A DNA stretch of 16,052 nt from Conexivisphaerales archaeon (GTDB lineage: Archaea; Thermoproteota; Nitrososphaeria; Conexivisphaerales; DTJL01): assembly GCA_049509455.1 (NCBI GenBank), contig JBEKZX010000052.1, positions 1-16,052 on the forward strand. Reading direction: 5' to 3'. The position numbers and the translations under genes are program-made. Shown one piece after another: positions 6,734 through 15,009 of the stretch. Numbering within the stretch: the first letter of the stretch is position 1; the number at the start of each line of letters is the position of its first letter. The notes under the pieces were generated by a model. That model was given only the letters and a program-made list of their open reading frames with translations, ran no database searches and was not told the origin of the DNA.

Positions 6734-9700
6734 ATGCGCGCCAGCGTATTGAGGGCGGCGGTCCTAATTTCTGTAATCGTCCTTGGCATCTGCGCTGCCG
6801 TTGTTCCCTCCGGCCCTGTCATGGCGCAGCAGTATGACCTGAACCTCAGGGTCGACGTGGTTCCCGGTGTGCTCCCAGCCGACGGAGGGACCTACTGGGT
6901 GTACGTCTCCCTCCGCAATCCGGACGGTTCGATCGCCTCCTCCCCCGTCGACGTCTCGGTGCAGCTGTTTAGCTCGGACCAGCGCATCCTGTCGGTGCAG
7001 CCTACGGTCCCTCTGTCTAGAGGGGCCGAATTTGTCAACACGAGCCTGACGACGACGCACACGGCAGGGCATGCGGTCATCACCGCCTTGGCCTCGGGTT
7101 TCACGGCCGGCTCCTTGGCCGTCTCCACGATCGTGCCCGTGGGCTACCCCGTTTCGCTTGCGCTCTTCGCCAACCCCCTCTCTCTCATGCCTGCCAGCGG
7201 AGATTCGGGCCTGATCATCGTGGAGCTGCTGGACTCGTTGGGGAACCCCGCGAGGGCGCCCTCACCTGTAACCGTGTCCCTCTCATCGGACAATCCGAGC
7301 GTGGCCACCGTTGATTCATCGATCACCATCAATCAGGGTTCGCCGTTGGCCTACGGACAGTACTACGCTGGGAGTCTCCCTGGCTCGTCGGTCCTGACGG
7401 CTTCAGCCAGCGGCTATGGGACCAGCGTCGTGACGGTGCAGGCTAGCGGGCCCGTGCCCACGAAACTTGTCATGTACGTCCTCCCCAAGATGATCCCTGC
7501 TGACGGGGTCTCCTACGTTCAGGTCGCGGTGGCCCTCGAGGACGACTTCGGGTTCCCCGCGGTTGCCCGTTCGGACACGCAGGTGGTCCTGACGAGCTCG
7601 AACGACTCCGTCGCGACCTTCCAGTCCAACCTCGTCACCATCCCCAAGGGTGCGATGTACGTCATGACGAAGCTGTTCTCAGGCGCGGCCTTGGGCTTGC
7701 CTGACACGGCCCAGCTGACAGCCCAATCGGCGGGCCTCCTCAAAGTCTATACCGCCGTGACCGCGATGCCTCCTGACTACTGCAGTGGAACCCCCGCCAG
7801 ACTGGTCATGTATGTGTTGCCCGGGATAATCCCTGCTGACGGGGTCTCCTACGTTCAGGTCGCGGTGGCCCTCGAGGACGACTTCGGGGCCCCCGCGATT
7901 GCCCGTTCGAACACGCAGGTGGTCCTGACGAGCTCGAACCTGACCGTCGCGACCTTCCAATCCAACTTCGTGACCATCCCAAAGGGTGCGATGTATGTTA
8001 TGACGACGCTTTATTCAGGCGCGGCCTTGAACGTGCGTAACACGGCCCAGTTGACAGCCCAGTCGCCGGGCATCTTCAAGGCAGTCTATCAGACCGTGAC
8101 CGCGATGCCTCCTGACAAGTCCAGCTTGACCGGCACAATCGCTCTGACCAACGGGCCGGACGTCCTCCTCGCCGACGGCTTCACTTATCCGGGGATTTCC
8201 GCCGCACAGCTATTGAACGCAACTGGGTTCCCCATCGAGGTCGCAACCGGGCATTCCGTCACCGTCTACTACTCCTCCAGCAACACCCTTTATGGAGACG
8301 TCACATCGCCCAGCGTCATACTCTCGGGCTCCGACTATGCGTTGGCCGATTTCACGAGCACCCTGATTCCAGGAAGCACGACGATCACGGCCGCTGCCGA
8401 CAACTTCACCGAAGACCAGGAGCTCATCACTTCTATCGCTCCTGCGGCGACCTGCTTGACTGGCGCAATCGCTCTGACGAACGGGCCGGATGTCCTCCTC
8501 CCTGACAACTCCACCTATCCTGGGATTTCCGCCGCACAGCTCTTGAACGCAACTGGGTTCCCCATCGAGGTCCCAGCCGGGCATTCCGTCACCGTCTACT
8601 ACTCCTCCAGCGACACCCTGTATGGAACCATTACATCGCCTCACGTCATACCCTCAGGGTCCTCCTATGCGTTGGCCGATTTCACGAGCACCCTGATTCC
8701 TGGAAACACGACGATCACGGCCGCGGCCGACAACTTCACCGAAGACCAGAAGCCCATCACCTCCTCTGCCCCCCCTCCGACGGCGCTCGGGCTCTCCGTC
8801 GAACCTCCTTTTCTGCGGGCGACGGGCGAAAGCTACAGCGTGGTGGGCATAACCCTCCAAGATTCGGCGGGCAACCCCGCGAAGGCATCTGTGGATACGG
8901 TGGTCTCCTTGTTCTCATCGAATCCTTCGGTGGGGACGGTCCCGGCTAGCGTCGTGATCCCCAGGGGGGCGACCCATGTAATCGTGAGCTTCACATCGAC
9001 GAGCACCCCCGGGTCGACTAACATCACCGCGTCCGCCTCCGGCTTCCAGTCGACCAATCTCACCGTCCAGACGATAGTGCCTTTCGCTTCTCTCCTGGCC
9101 GCTTACGTGGCTCCGCAGCCGCTCGTCGCTGACGGATCCACCCAGCAGTTCGTGGTTCAGCTCCTCGATTCAGCAGGAAACCCCGCCAAGCCCGAGCTGG
9201 ATGTCCCCCTGCTGGTGACCAGCGACAATCCCTCGGTCGCGAGCGTCGGCGCATCCGCGACCCTGGCGGGCGGTTCCTCGGCGGTCAGCATACCGCTCAA
9301 TCTGGGGCATGTGGCAGGCACCTCCCTCATCACGGTGGCCGCTCAGGGCTACACCACCGCCGCCGTAGCGGTGACCACGGTCCTCCTTCCGATGGAGCTG
9401 TCGCTGCAGGTCGTGAACTCGACGCTGGTCGGGAGCAGCTACGGGATGGGGGTGGAGGTCACCTCGTACGGCAGGCCACTCGAGGGCGCGACGGTGTCGG
9501 CCCGGGCCAACGGCACCGTAACCTTTACGAACTCGTTGACCAACGACCTGGGCGTCGCCAACTTCACGTATTCACCCAAGGTGCCTGGGAGCGACAACAT
9601 CACCGTCACGGCGCAGGATAATGGATATGCTACCAGCTCGGTCACGGCTTCGATCAGGGTGGATGCCATCATCACGCTGACCATCACTGCCCTGGATGAA

Positions 9701-10315
9701 TCGGGTGTACCCATTCAGGGCGTGACCGTGTCGGTGATAGATGGCGCCAAGAACGCGTCCAGCTCCACCACAGGCGCGTCGGGGACCGCGACCCTGTCGG
9801 GCCTCTTCTGGGGCAGCATCTCCATCTCCGTGCCTTCGCTGTATCAGCCCTCTGGGACCACGAGGTATCCCTTTGCGGCTTGGAGCGACGGGGTCACCGC
9901 CGCGAACAGGACGGTGTTCCTCTCGAGCAGCGGGGCCTTGACGGCTAAATACACTACTCAATTCTTCGTGAACGTGATCAGCCCGTATGGCACCACGACG
10001 GGGTCGGGCTTCTACGCGAAGGGGTCCTCCGTGTCGATATCTGTTTCGCCGACCTCGGTGTCCTCAGGCTTCCTCACCAGCAGACAGTTCTCCGGCTGGC
10101 AGGGAAGTGTAACGAGCACCAAGGCCTCTGCCTCGTTCGTGCTGAACGGGCCCGCCGTCGTCACTGCCCAGTGGAAGAACAATTTGACCATGCTCTACGT
10201 ATTCATCATCATAATAGCGGCCGTGGTCGCCGCGGCAGTCGGCCTCTTCTGGTTCCTCCGGAGGCGGAGGCCATCTGTGACCGAGCCCGAGAAGGAAGAG
10301 GAATTCAAGGAATAG
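6734..10315 (+). CDS. Large cell-surface protein/adhesin (1193 aa) with tandem Ig-like (invasin/Big-1-like) repeats and C-terminal TM anchor
   Basis: Sec-type signal peptide (MRASVLRAAV...PVMA|QQ). About eight repeats of a V-x-L-x-D-x-x-G-N-P...S-S-x-x-x-V motif, then Big-1/carboxypeptidase-regulatory-like beta domains (GRPLEGATV...TNDLGVA, GVPIQGVTV...TGASGTA) and an F-x-x-W-S-D-G / F-S-G-W-x-G repeat region. Ends with TM LYVFIIIIAAVVAAAVGLFWFL followed by RRRR. Confidence 0.85.
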   Translation: MRASVLRAAVLISVIVLGICAAVVPSGPVMAQQYDLNLRVDVVPGVLPADGGTYWVYVSLRNPDGSIASSPVDVSVQLFSSDQRILSVQPTVPLSRGAEFVNTSLTTTHTAGHAVITALASGFTAGSLAVSTIVPVGYPVSLALFANPLSLMPASGDSGLIIVELLDSLGNPARAPSPVTVSLSSDNPSVATVDSSITINQGSPLAYGQYYAGSLPGSSVLTASASGYGTSVVTVQASGPVPTKLVMYVLPKMIPADGVSYVQVAVALEDDFGFPAVARSDTQVVLTSSNDSVATFQSNLVTIPKGAMYVMTKLFSGAALGLPDTAQLTAQSAGLLKVYTAVTAMPPDYCSGTPARLVMYVLPGIIPADGVSYVQVAVALEDDFGAPAIARSNTQVVLTSSNLTVATFQSNFVTIPKGAMYVMTTLYSGAALNVRNTAQLTAQSPGIFKAVYQTVTAMPPDKSSLTGTIALTNGPDVLLADGFTYPGISAAQLLNATGFPIEVATGHSVTVYYSSSNTLYGDVTSPSVILSGSDYALADFTSTLIPGSTTITAAADNFTEDQELITSIAPAATCLTGAIALTNGPDVLLPDNSTYPGISAAQLLNATGFPIEVPAGHSVTVYYSSSDTLYGTITSPHVIPSGSSYALADFTSTLIPGNTTITAAADNFTEDQKPITSSAPPPTALGLSVEPPFLRATGESYSVVGITLQDSAGNPAKASVDTVVSLFSSNPSVGTVPASVVIPRGATHVIVSFTSTSTPGSTNITASASGFQSTNLTVQTIVPFASLLAAYVAPQPLVADGSTQQFVVQLLDSAGNPAKPELDVPLLVTSDNPSVASVGASATLAGGSSAVSIPLNLGHVAGTSLITVAAQGYTTAAVAVTTVLLPMELSLQVVNSTLVGSSYGMGVEVTSYGRPLEGATVSARANGTVTFTNSLTNDLGVANFTYSPKVPGSDNITVTAQDNGYATSSVTASIRVDAIITLTITALDESGVPIQGVTVSVIDGAKNASSSTTGASGTATLSGLFWGSISISVPSLYQPSGTTRYPFAAWSDGVTAANRTVFLSSSGALTAKYTTQFFVNVISPYGTTTGSGFYAKGSSVSISVSPTSVSSGFLTSRQFSGWQGSVTSTKASASFVLNGPAVVTAQWKNNLTMLYVFIIIIAAVVAAAVGLFWFLRRRRPSVTEPEKEEEFKE
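7465..8116 (+). repeat. Internal tandem duplication A (two units, period 336-339 nt)
   Basis: 7493-7552 is identical to 7829-7888 (60 nt). Both units end in CCGTGACCGCGATGCCTCCTGAC (ending at 7777 and 8116). Confidence 0.95.
8124..8763 (+). repeat. Internal tandem duplication B (two units, period 330 nt)
   Basis: GCTTGAC starts at 8124 and 8454. 8335-8370 is identical to 8665-8700 (36 nt). CAACTTCACCGAAGACCAG occurs at 8401 and 8731. Confidence 0.95.
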
Positions 10316-10319
10316 TCCC

Positions 10320-10355
10320 ATGGGGTGCGGGCTGCGCGCCCGCCCACCATCTTTT
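10320..10355 (+). terminator. Possible GC hairpin plus T-tract after the surface protein gene
   Basis: GCGGGC (10327-10332) pairs with GCCCGC (10338-10343), extendable with a bulge. It is followed by CTTTT, which overlaps the next TATA box. Confidence 0.35.
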
Positions 10356-10359
10356 AATA
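10352..10359 (+). promoter_or_regulatory. TATA box for the phosphoglycolate phosphatase gene
   Basis: TTTTAATA starts 39 nt before the ATG at 10391. Confidence 0.55.
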
Positions 10360-10390
10360 CCATGAAGGGCCGCACTAGCGAGAACCCCGG

Positions 10391-11083
10391 ATGAAAGTGA
10401 GCGCCTTCGCCGTCGACGTCGACGGCACGCTGACCGCGGAGGAGGGAGGTGTGGACCTGGAGGCCGCTTCGGTCCTTTCCAACATTCAGAAGATGGGGTA
10501 TCCCGTGATCCTCGTGAGCGGCCGGAGCGGCTGGGAGCTCCTGGCCCTCTCCATCAACCTGAACCTCTCCCGGGTGGTCGTGGGGGAGAACGGGGGCGTG
10601 ACCGTCTTCAGGAGCCCGCTCAGCATCCGTCTGTGGGCCGACAACACCCAGCCCACGCTCGCCTACGAGTACCTGTCGGAGAGGATCGACGGCCTCGTGC
10701 TCAGGGACACCTTCCCACGCTTCACTGAAGTGGTGCTCGAAAGGACCATGGACGTGGGCATCCTGAGGAAGGAGCTGGCGGGGAGCGGCATCAATGTGAA
10801 GGTGCTGGACAGCGGCTACGCCTTTCACATCACCAACGTCGGCGTGGACAAGGGGGCTGGCCTCTCCAAGGTCCTCCAAATGATGAAGGTGCCTCCCGAG
10901 GAGGTCGTGGCCATCGGAGACAGCGAAACCGACGTCCCAATGTTCAACCTCGTCGGATACAGCATAGCCGTGGGGAACAGCGACGACGCCGCCCGCGCAG
11001 CGTCCAAACACTTCGTCAAGGGCAGGAATGGGGCGGGGGTCATGGAAGCGGTCGGCTATACACTGCAGATGCTGAATCGATGA
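10391..11083 (+). CDS. pgp: HAD superfamily subfamily IIB phosphatase, archaeal phosphoglycolate phosphatase (TA0175/SPP-like)
   Basis: Motif I DVDGTLT, motif II LVSGR, GENGG, motif III VDKGAG and motif IV IGDSETD, plus AVGNS. Length 230 aa. Confidence 0.88.
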   Translation: MKVSAFAVDVDGTLTAEEGGVDLEAASVLSNIQKMGYPVILVSGRSGWELLALSINLNLSRVVVGENGGVTVFRSPLSIRLWADNTQPTLAYEYLSERIDGLVLRDTFPRFTEVVLERTMDVGILRKELAGSGINVKVLDSGYAFHITNVGVDKGAGLSKVLQMMKVPPEEVVAIGDSETDVPMFNLVGYSIAVGNSDDAARAASKHFVKGRNGAGVMEAVGYTLQMLNR

Positions 11084-11104
11084 ATTCGCCGGCTGTTGTA
11101 GGTC

Positions 11105-11112
11105 CTTAAATA
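11105..11112 (+). promoter_or_regulatory. TATA box for tnpB
   Basis: CTTAAATA; its TTAAATA core starts 36 nt before the TTG at 11142. Confidence 0.55.
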
Positions 11113-11141
11113 GAATCCAAGTCTGCACTTTCGGCTCCCCA

Positions 11142-12356
11142 TTGACGGCTATCAAATCTGTCAGCCAGAGGTTCGTCCCATCCAAAGAAGTGCTCTCCTT
11201 AATGGAGACGTTCAGGAAGATGACTAACGTTTGCATTTCAATGGGGATTGATGAAGAACGGAAAGGTGATCGGGTTATGACGTTGATGAAGTTGTGCAGG
11301 CTCTCTTATCACGCGTTTGACAAGTATGACACTCCCTCGTATTACAAGGTCTGCGCAATAAGCCGGGCGGTAGGCATACTATCAGCAAGGAACAAGTCAC
11401 TGAAGAGAGGCGTATCTACCAAGAAACCTTACGCGGTCAAATCAATCCTCACCTCGTGCTATGGATTCAAGGTAGAGGGAGGGAGGCTGAAGGTCCCGCT
11501 CGGAAGCAGACGGTACGCTGAGATACCGTTGAACAGACATACGCTGCAGGTGCTCTCTGAACCTGCCCTGAAGGTGCGCTCTTTCACACTGAGCGCCAAT
11601 AGCACTCTGAGCTTGTGCATCTCCAAGGAAGTGAAAGAGAGGGAGGTCACAACAACCGCGGGAGTGGACAGGAACCTTAGGAACGTCACTTATGGCAACT
11701 GTAGGAGGGCGGTCCAGTATTACTTGGGCAAGGCCGTCAACATTGCTGAGTTGACGAGGTCCATAATATCATCGTTCAAGCGGAACGATGTCAGGATTAG
11801 GCGGAGGATAGCTATCAAATACGGTAAGAGAAGGGCGACCAGGATCCGCCAGATGCTCCATTGGTCGACTAAGCAAATGGTGAAGATGGCTATTGACGAC
11901 AGCGAAGCCATCGTCTTGGAGGACATCAGGGGTATTAGGAAGCCTTACCAGAAAGGGAACGGGCAAGGACCAAAATACAGAGGCATCTTGAATTCTTGGT
12001 CTTTCTTCGAAGTGCAGAGGCAGATAGAATACAAGGCCAGATGGGAGGGAATACCGACAGCACGTTTGACAGGTTACGAGACCAGAGGGACATCGTCACG
12101 CTGTCCCAAATGCGGGGAGAGACTCCAATGGGCAGACAGAGAAGATGTCCAGCATAGGAGGCAGCTCTGGTGCAGGACGTGTCAGAGATGGTTGGATAGG
12201 GATGTCGCTGCTGTCATGAACCAATCTCTGAAGGGGTGGGTGAGGCTCGCCCATTCCAAAGGCGAAGCATGTGAAGCTATGAAGGGGAACCAGACGACTC
12301 CTGTAATCCTTAGAGTCGATGCCTCGAAGTCAGGTTGTCGGCAATCTAGCCGATGA
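11142..12356 (+). CDS. tnpB: RNA-guided endonuclease TnpB (404 aa)
   Basis: RuvC-I AGVDRNLRN, RuvC-II IVLEDIRGI, zinc finger TSSRCPKCG...WCRTC, and RuvC-III DRDVAAVMN. All three catalytic acidic residues (D, E, D) are present. Confidence 0.95.
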   Translation: MTAIKSVSQRFVPSKEVLSLMETFRKMTNVCISMGIDEERKGDRVMTLMKLCRLSYHAFDKYDTPSYYKVCAISRAVGILSARNKSLKRGVSTKKPYAVKSILTSCYGFKVEGGRLKVPLGSRRYAEIPLNRHTLQVLSEPALKVRSFTLSANSTLSLCISKEVKEREVTTTAGVDRNLRNVTYGNCRRAVQYYLGKAVNIAELTRSIISSFKRNDVRIRRRIAIKYGKRRATRIRQMLHWSTKQMVKMAIDDSEAIVLEDIRGIRKPYQKGNGQGPKYRGILNSWSFFEVQRQIEYKARWEGIPTARLTGYETRGTSSRCPKCGERLQWADREDVQHRRQLWCRTCQRWLDRDVAAVMNQSLKGWVRLAHSKGEACEAMKGNQTTPVILRVDASKSGCRQSSR

Positions 12357-12385
12357 CTTGACAGGGCCGAAAGATTAATCAGCGG
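12237..12385 (+). ncRNA. Putative TnpB omegaRNA/reRNA scaffold and guide overlapping the tnpB 3' end; boundaries approximate
   Basis: Three stems are visible. TGGGTG/CGCCCA spans 12237-12253. CGACTC/GAGTCG spans 12295-12318. AAGTCA..TCGGC/GCCGA-TGACTT spans 12327-12359. It is established that TnpB guide RNAs derive from the 3' end and right flank of the element. Confidence 0.65.
12368..12379 (+). promoter_or_regulatory. Candidate BRE/TATA promoter of argS
   Basis: CGAAAG followed by ATTAAT. This is the only AT-rich element between tnpB and argS, and its TATA part starts 45 nt before the CTG at 12419. Confidence 0.45.
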
Positions 12386-12418
12386 AGCGCGACGGCTCCA
12401 GGGTCAAGAGGTGAACCG

Positions 12419-14329
12419 CTGACGTTCAGGGAAGCCCAGGCCGAGGCCGGCCGCCTCATCGACGGGGCCTTACATGAGATGGGGGTCGACCCGATGCCAT
12501 ACTCCTTCTCGGAGCCGCCCCACCCCGACCTCGGCGAGCTCACCTGCAACGTAGCGTTCTCGCTGGCGAAGGTCCTGGGCATGTCGCCCAAGGACGCCGC
12601 CGCCAAGGTCACCGAGCACATCAACTTCAAGGACTCGGTCTACGTCCTCAGCGCCCAGGCCCATACTGCGGGCTACGTGAACTTCCGGCTGAACCTCTCG
12701 GAGCTGGCATTCGAAGCCATCGGGTCCGCCATAGCGGACCCGCACTTCGGCTCCCTCACTTATGGCAAGGGGAGGAAGGTCATCGTAGAGCACACGAGCG
12801 TCAACCCCAACAAGGCGCTCCACATCGGCCACGCCAGGAACTCGGTCGTGGGGGATACCATCTCCAGGATATACAAGAAGGTCGGCTGCGACGTGGAGGT
12901 CCTCAACTACATCGACGACACCGGCGTCCAGGTGGCCGACGTCATCACCGGCATGCTCTACGGGAACCTGCCGAAGAAGGCGCCTTCGGGAATAAAATAC
13001 GACCAGTACTGCGGGGACTACGTCTACGTCAAGGTGAACGACCTTTACCCCCTGCACCAAGACCTCCTCGAGAAGAGGAAGGAGGTGAGCAGGTCCATCG
13101 AGGGGGGGAAGGACAGGGTGGCCAAGATGGCGGAGGAAGTCGTGGACAAGGTCGTCCGCGCCCAGCTGGAGACCCTCCGGAGGTTGGACATCAGCTACGA
13201 TCTCCTCAACTACGAGAGCCACATCCTCCAGACCGGATACTGGGACGAAGTCTTCGAGCTTCTCAAGAAGAAGGGGGTCGTCAAGCTGGCCACCGAAGGG
13301 AAGCTCAAGGGATGCTGGGTCCTGGAGACGGACGAGGAGGGAGAGGAGAAGGTCCTGGTGCGAAGCGACGGCACCGCCGTCTACGCGGCCAAGGACATCC
13401 CCTATGCGGCGTGGAAGACGGGGATACTCCCCGATCGCTTCGGCTACGTGAAGTACGCGATGCAGGCCGGAGGGAGGCAGCTGTGGGCCACCTCGGCCGA
13501 CCCGAAGAAGAGGGGAGGCAAGGGCCCCAGGTTCGGCGGCGGCGACCTCTGCGTGTCCGTCATAGGCGCCAGCCAGAGCCGAATGCAGATGTTTGTGGCT
13601 TATGCCCTGGAGAAGCTGGGGCTGGGCGGCAGGGAGTACCGCCACCTGGCGTACGGGGAGGTGAGCCTCAGCAACGAGACGGCCAAGGAGTTGGGGATGA
13701 AGGTGAAGGACGACAAGGAGGCGCTCAGGATGTCCGGCCGCTTCGGCATCTACGTCAACGTGGACGACGTCCTCGACTCCCTAAGGGCGAAGGCGAGGGA
13801 GCAGAGCGCCGAAGGGAACCCGTCGGCGAGCTCGTCCTGGCTGTCGACCGTCAGCGAGAAGCTCGCGGTGGCGGCCCTCCGGTACGACATGGTCAAGCAG
13901 GACCTCGACAAGACGATCACCTTCGACCTCAAGGAGTCGTTGAAGCTGGAGGGGGACACGGGCCCCTACCTCGTGTACAGCTACGCCAGGGCGTCCAGGC
14001 TGCTCGAGAAGATGGGCTTCACCCCCGTCAGGGTCTCCAGGCCCGTCGCCGCTCAGCTCAAGGGCGTGGACGAGAGGCGCCTCTTCCTCCTGATGTCGAA
14101 GTTCGACATGGAGCTGGAGAACGCGGAGCGGGCCATGGCGCCGCGGAAGATCGCCCAGTACGCCCACGACCTGGCCGTCGCATTCAACCAGTTCTACGAG
14201 ACCTCCCCCGTCATCTCCGAGAAGGACGTGGAGGTGAAGAAGGCGAGGGCCTACCTGGTCCTCGGTTACAAGATGGCGATGACCCAGGTCCTCAACCTCC
14301 TCGGGATAGAGCCGCTGGGCGCCATCTAG
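12419..14329 (+). CDS. argS: Arginine--tRNA ligase (class I), probable CTG start, 636 aa
   Basis: VEHTSVNPNKALHIGHARN (HIGH motif), NYIDDTGVQVAD, RSDGTAVYAAKDI, RMSGR (KMSKS equivalent) and EGDTGPYLVYSYARA with the DALR anticodon-binding domain. GAGGTGA at 12408-12414 lies 4 nt before the in-frame CTG giving MTFREAQAE. The first ATG is at 12479. Confidence 0.95.
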   Translation: MTFREAQAEAGRLIDGALHEMGVDPMPYSFSEPPHPDLGELTCNVAFSLAKVLGMSPKDAAAKVTEHINFKDSVYVLSAQAHTAGYVNFRLNLSELAFEAIGSAIADPHFGSLTYGKGRKVIVEHTSVNPNKALHIGHARNSVVGDTISRIYKKVGCDVEVLNYIDDTGVQVADVITGMLYGNLPKKAPSGIKYDQYCGDYVYVKVNDLYPLHQDLLEKRKEVSRSIEGGKDRVAKMAEEVVDKVVRAQLETLRRLDISYDLLNYESHILQTGYWDEVFELLKKKGVVKLATEGKLKGCWVLETDEEGEEKVLVRSDGTAVYAAKDIPYAAWKTGILPDRFGYVKYAMQAGGRQLWATSADPKKRGGKGPRFGGGDLCVSVIGASQSRMQMFVAYALEKLGLGGREYRHLAYGEVSLSNETAKELGMKVKDDKEALRMSGRFGIYVNVDDVLDSLRAKAREQSAEGNPSASSSWLSTVSEKLAVAALRYDMVKQDLDKTITFDLKESLKLEGDTGPYLVYSYARASRLLEKMGFTPVRVSRPVAAQLKGVDERRLFLLMSKFDMELENAERAMAPRKIAQYAHDLAVAFNQFYETSPVISEKDVEVKKARAYLVLGYKMAMTQVLNLLGIEPLGAI

Positions 14330-14335
14330 AATCCC

Positions 14336-14362
14336 TTTTTAGGTGGTGAAACGCACCTTTTT
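14336..14362 (+). promoter_or_regulatory. TATA-like element with adjacent inverted repeat upstream of the DUF47-PiT operon
   Basis: TTTTTAGG (14336-14343) starts 39 nt before the TTG at 14375. AGGTG-N8-CACCT (14341-14358) is flanked by T5 tracts. Confidence 0.45.
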
Positions 14363-14374
14363 GCGTAATCCGCG

Positions 14375-14998
14375 TTGGGCCTCAAAGAGATTTTCATACC
14401 ACAGGACAAGATCTTCTTCGAGCTGCTCGAGGATGAATCTCAGAACGTCCTTCAGGGGGCGGTGGCCCTCAAGGACTTGGTCAACGACTTCTCGGATGTG
14501 CCCGTCAAGAGGGACCACATCAAGGAGATAGAGCACAAGGGTGACGAGGTAGTCCATGAGATCTACCTTCGCCTGAACAGGAGCTTCATCACCCCCATCG
14601 ACCACGAAGACATCGCCAAGCTGGCGTCCAGCTACGACGACGTGATCGACTTCATCTACGCCACGGCCAACAAGCTCGCCCTCTACGGGTTGAGCGAGTC
14701 CACCGTGGTCATGAAGCAGTTCGCCGACATAATCCTGGCCAGCGTGATCGAGCTGGACAAGGCCTTCGCCACGATGAGGAAGCTGAGCAAGGACATCGAC
14801 GTCAGGTGCATGGAGGTCGACAGGCTGGAGAACGCGGCCGACGTGCTCCTCAACGAATCCGTCGCCGACCTCTTCAAGGGTGGCGACCTCCTCCAGATAG
14901 TCAAGCTGAAGGAGATCTACGAAAACATGGAGGGTACCACCGACAGGTGCGAAGACGTCGGCTACGTCCTCCGCGACATCGTCATGAAGAACACCTGA
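14375..14998 (+). CDS. DUF47 family PhoU-like phosphate transport regulator (Pit accessory protein)
   Basis: FFELLE...IKEIEHKGDEVVHEIYLRLNRSFITPIDHEDIAKLASSYDDVIDFI and EVDRLENAADVL...KLKEIYENMEGTTDRCEDV. It lies immediately upstream of a PiT gene. Confidence 0.92.
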   Translation: MGLKEIFIPQDKIFFELLEDESQNVLQGAVALKDLVNDFSDVPVKRDHIKEIEHKGDEVVHEIYLRLNRSFITPIDHEDIAKLASSYDDVIDFIYATANKLALYGLSESTVVMKQFADIILASVIELDKAFATMRKLSKDIDVRCMEVDRLENAADVLLNESVADLFKGGDLLQIVKLKEIYENMEGTTDRCEDVGYVLRDIVMKNT

Positions 14999-15009
14999 GC
15001 TGGCTATCG

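Larger units (their letters stand above)
11090..12369 (+). mobile_element. tnpB-only IS200/IS605-family (IS1341-like) element; exact ends uncertain
   Basis: Single tnpB ORF with no tnpA. Lower GC (29/60 in 11281-11340) than argS (41/60 in 13801-13860). Subterminal hairpin at 12327-12359. It lies between the housekeeping genes pgp and argS. Confidence 0.7.

Noticed and set aside
7465-8763. Repeats considered as a CRISPR array or as a diversity-generating retroelement template/variable pair
   Set aside because: The units are about 330 nt, in frame and coding, with no spacers. Differences are not visibly adenine-specific, and no reverse transcriptase is present in the window.
10064-11236. 390 aa minus-strand ORF
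   Set aside because: It is an antisense shadow of the well-supported pgp gene and adhesin 3' end. High GC3 suppresses antisense stops and there are no recognisable motifs.
11142-12356. TnpB as a nuclease-dead RNA-guided repressor (TldR-like) or as a Cas12 effector
   Set aside because: All three RuvC acidic residues are present, and there is no CRISPR array or cas gene in the window.
11090-12369. Possible terminal inverted repeats of the tnpB element (CGGCTGTTGTAGGTC versus the reverse complement CGGCCCTGTCAAGTC)
   Set aside because: The match needs two gaps and is too short to distinguish from chance. It is only testable with multiple element copies.
12470-14349. Long alternative ORFs over argS (12470-13645 minus, 13312-14349 plus, 13781-14167 minus)
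   Set aside because: They have R/G/P-rich or shadow-type composition typical of off-frame reading of GC-rich genes. argS explains the region fully.
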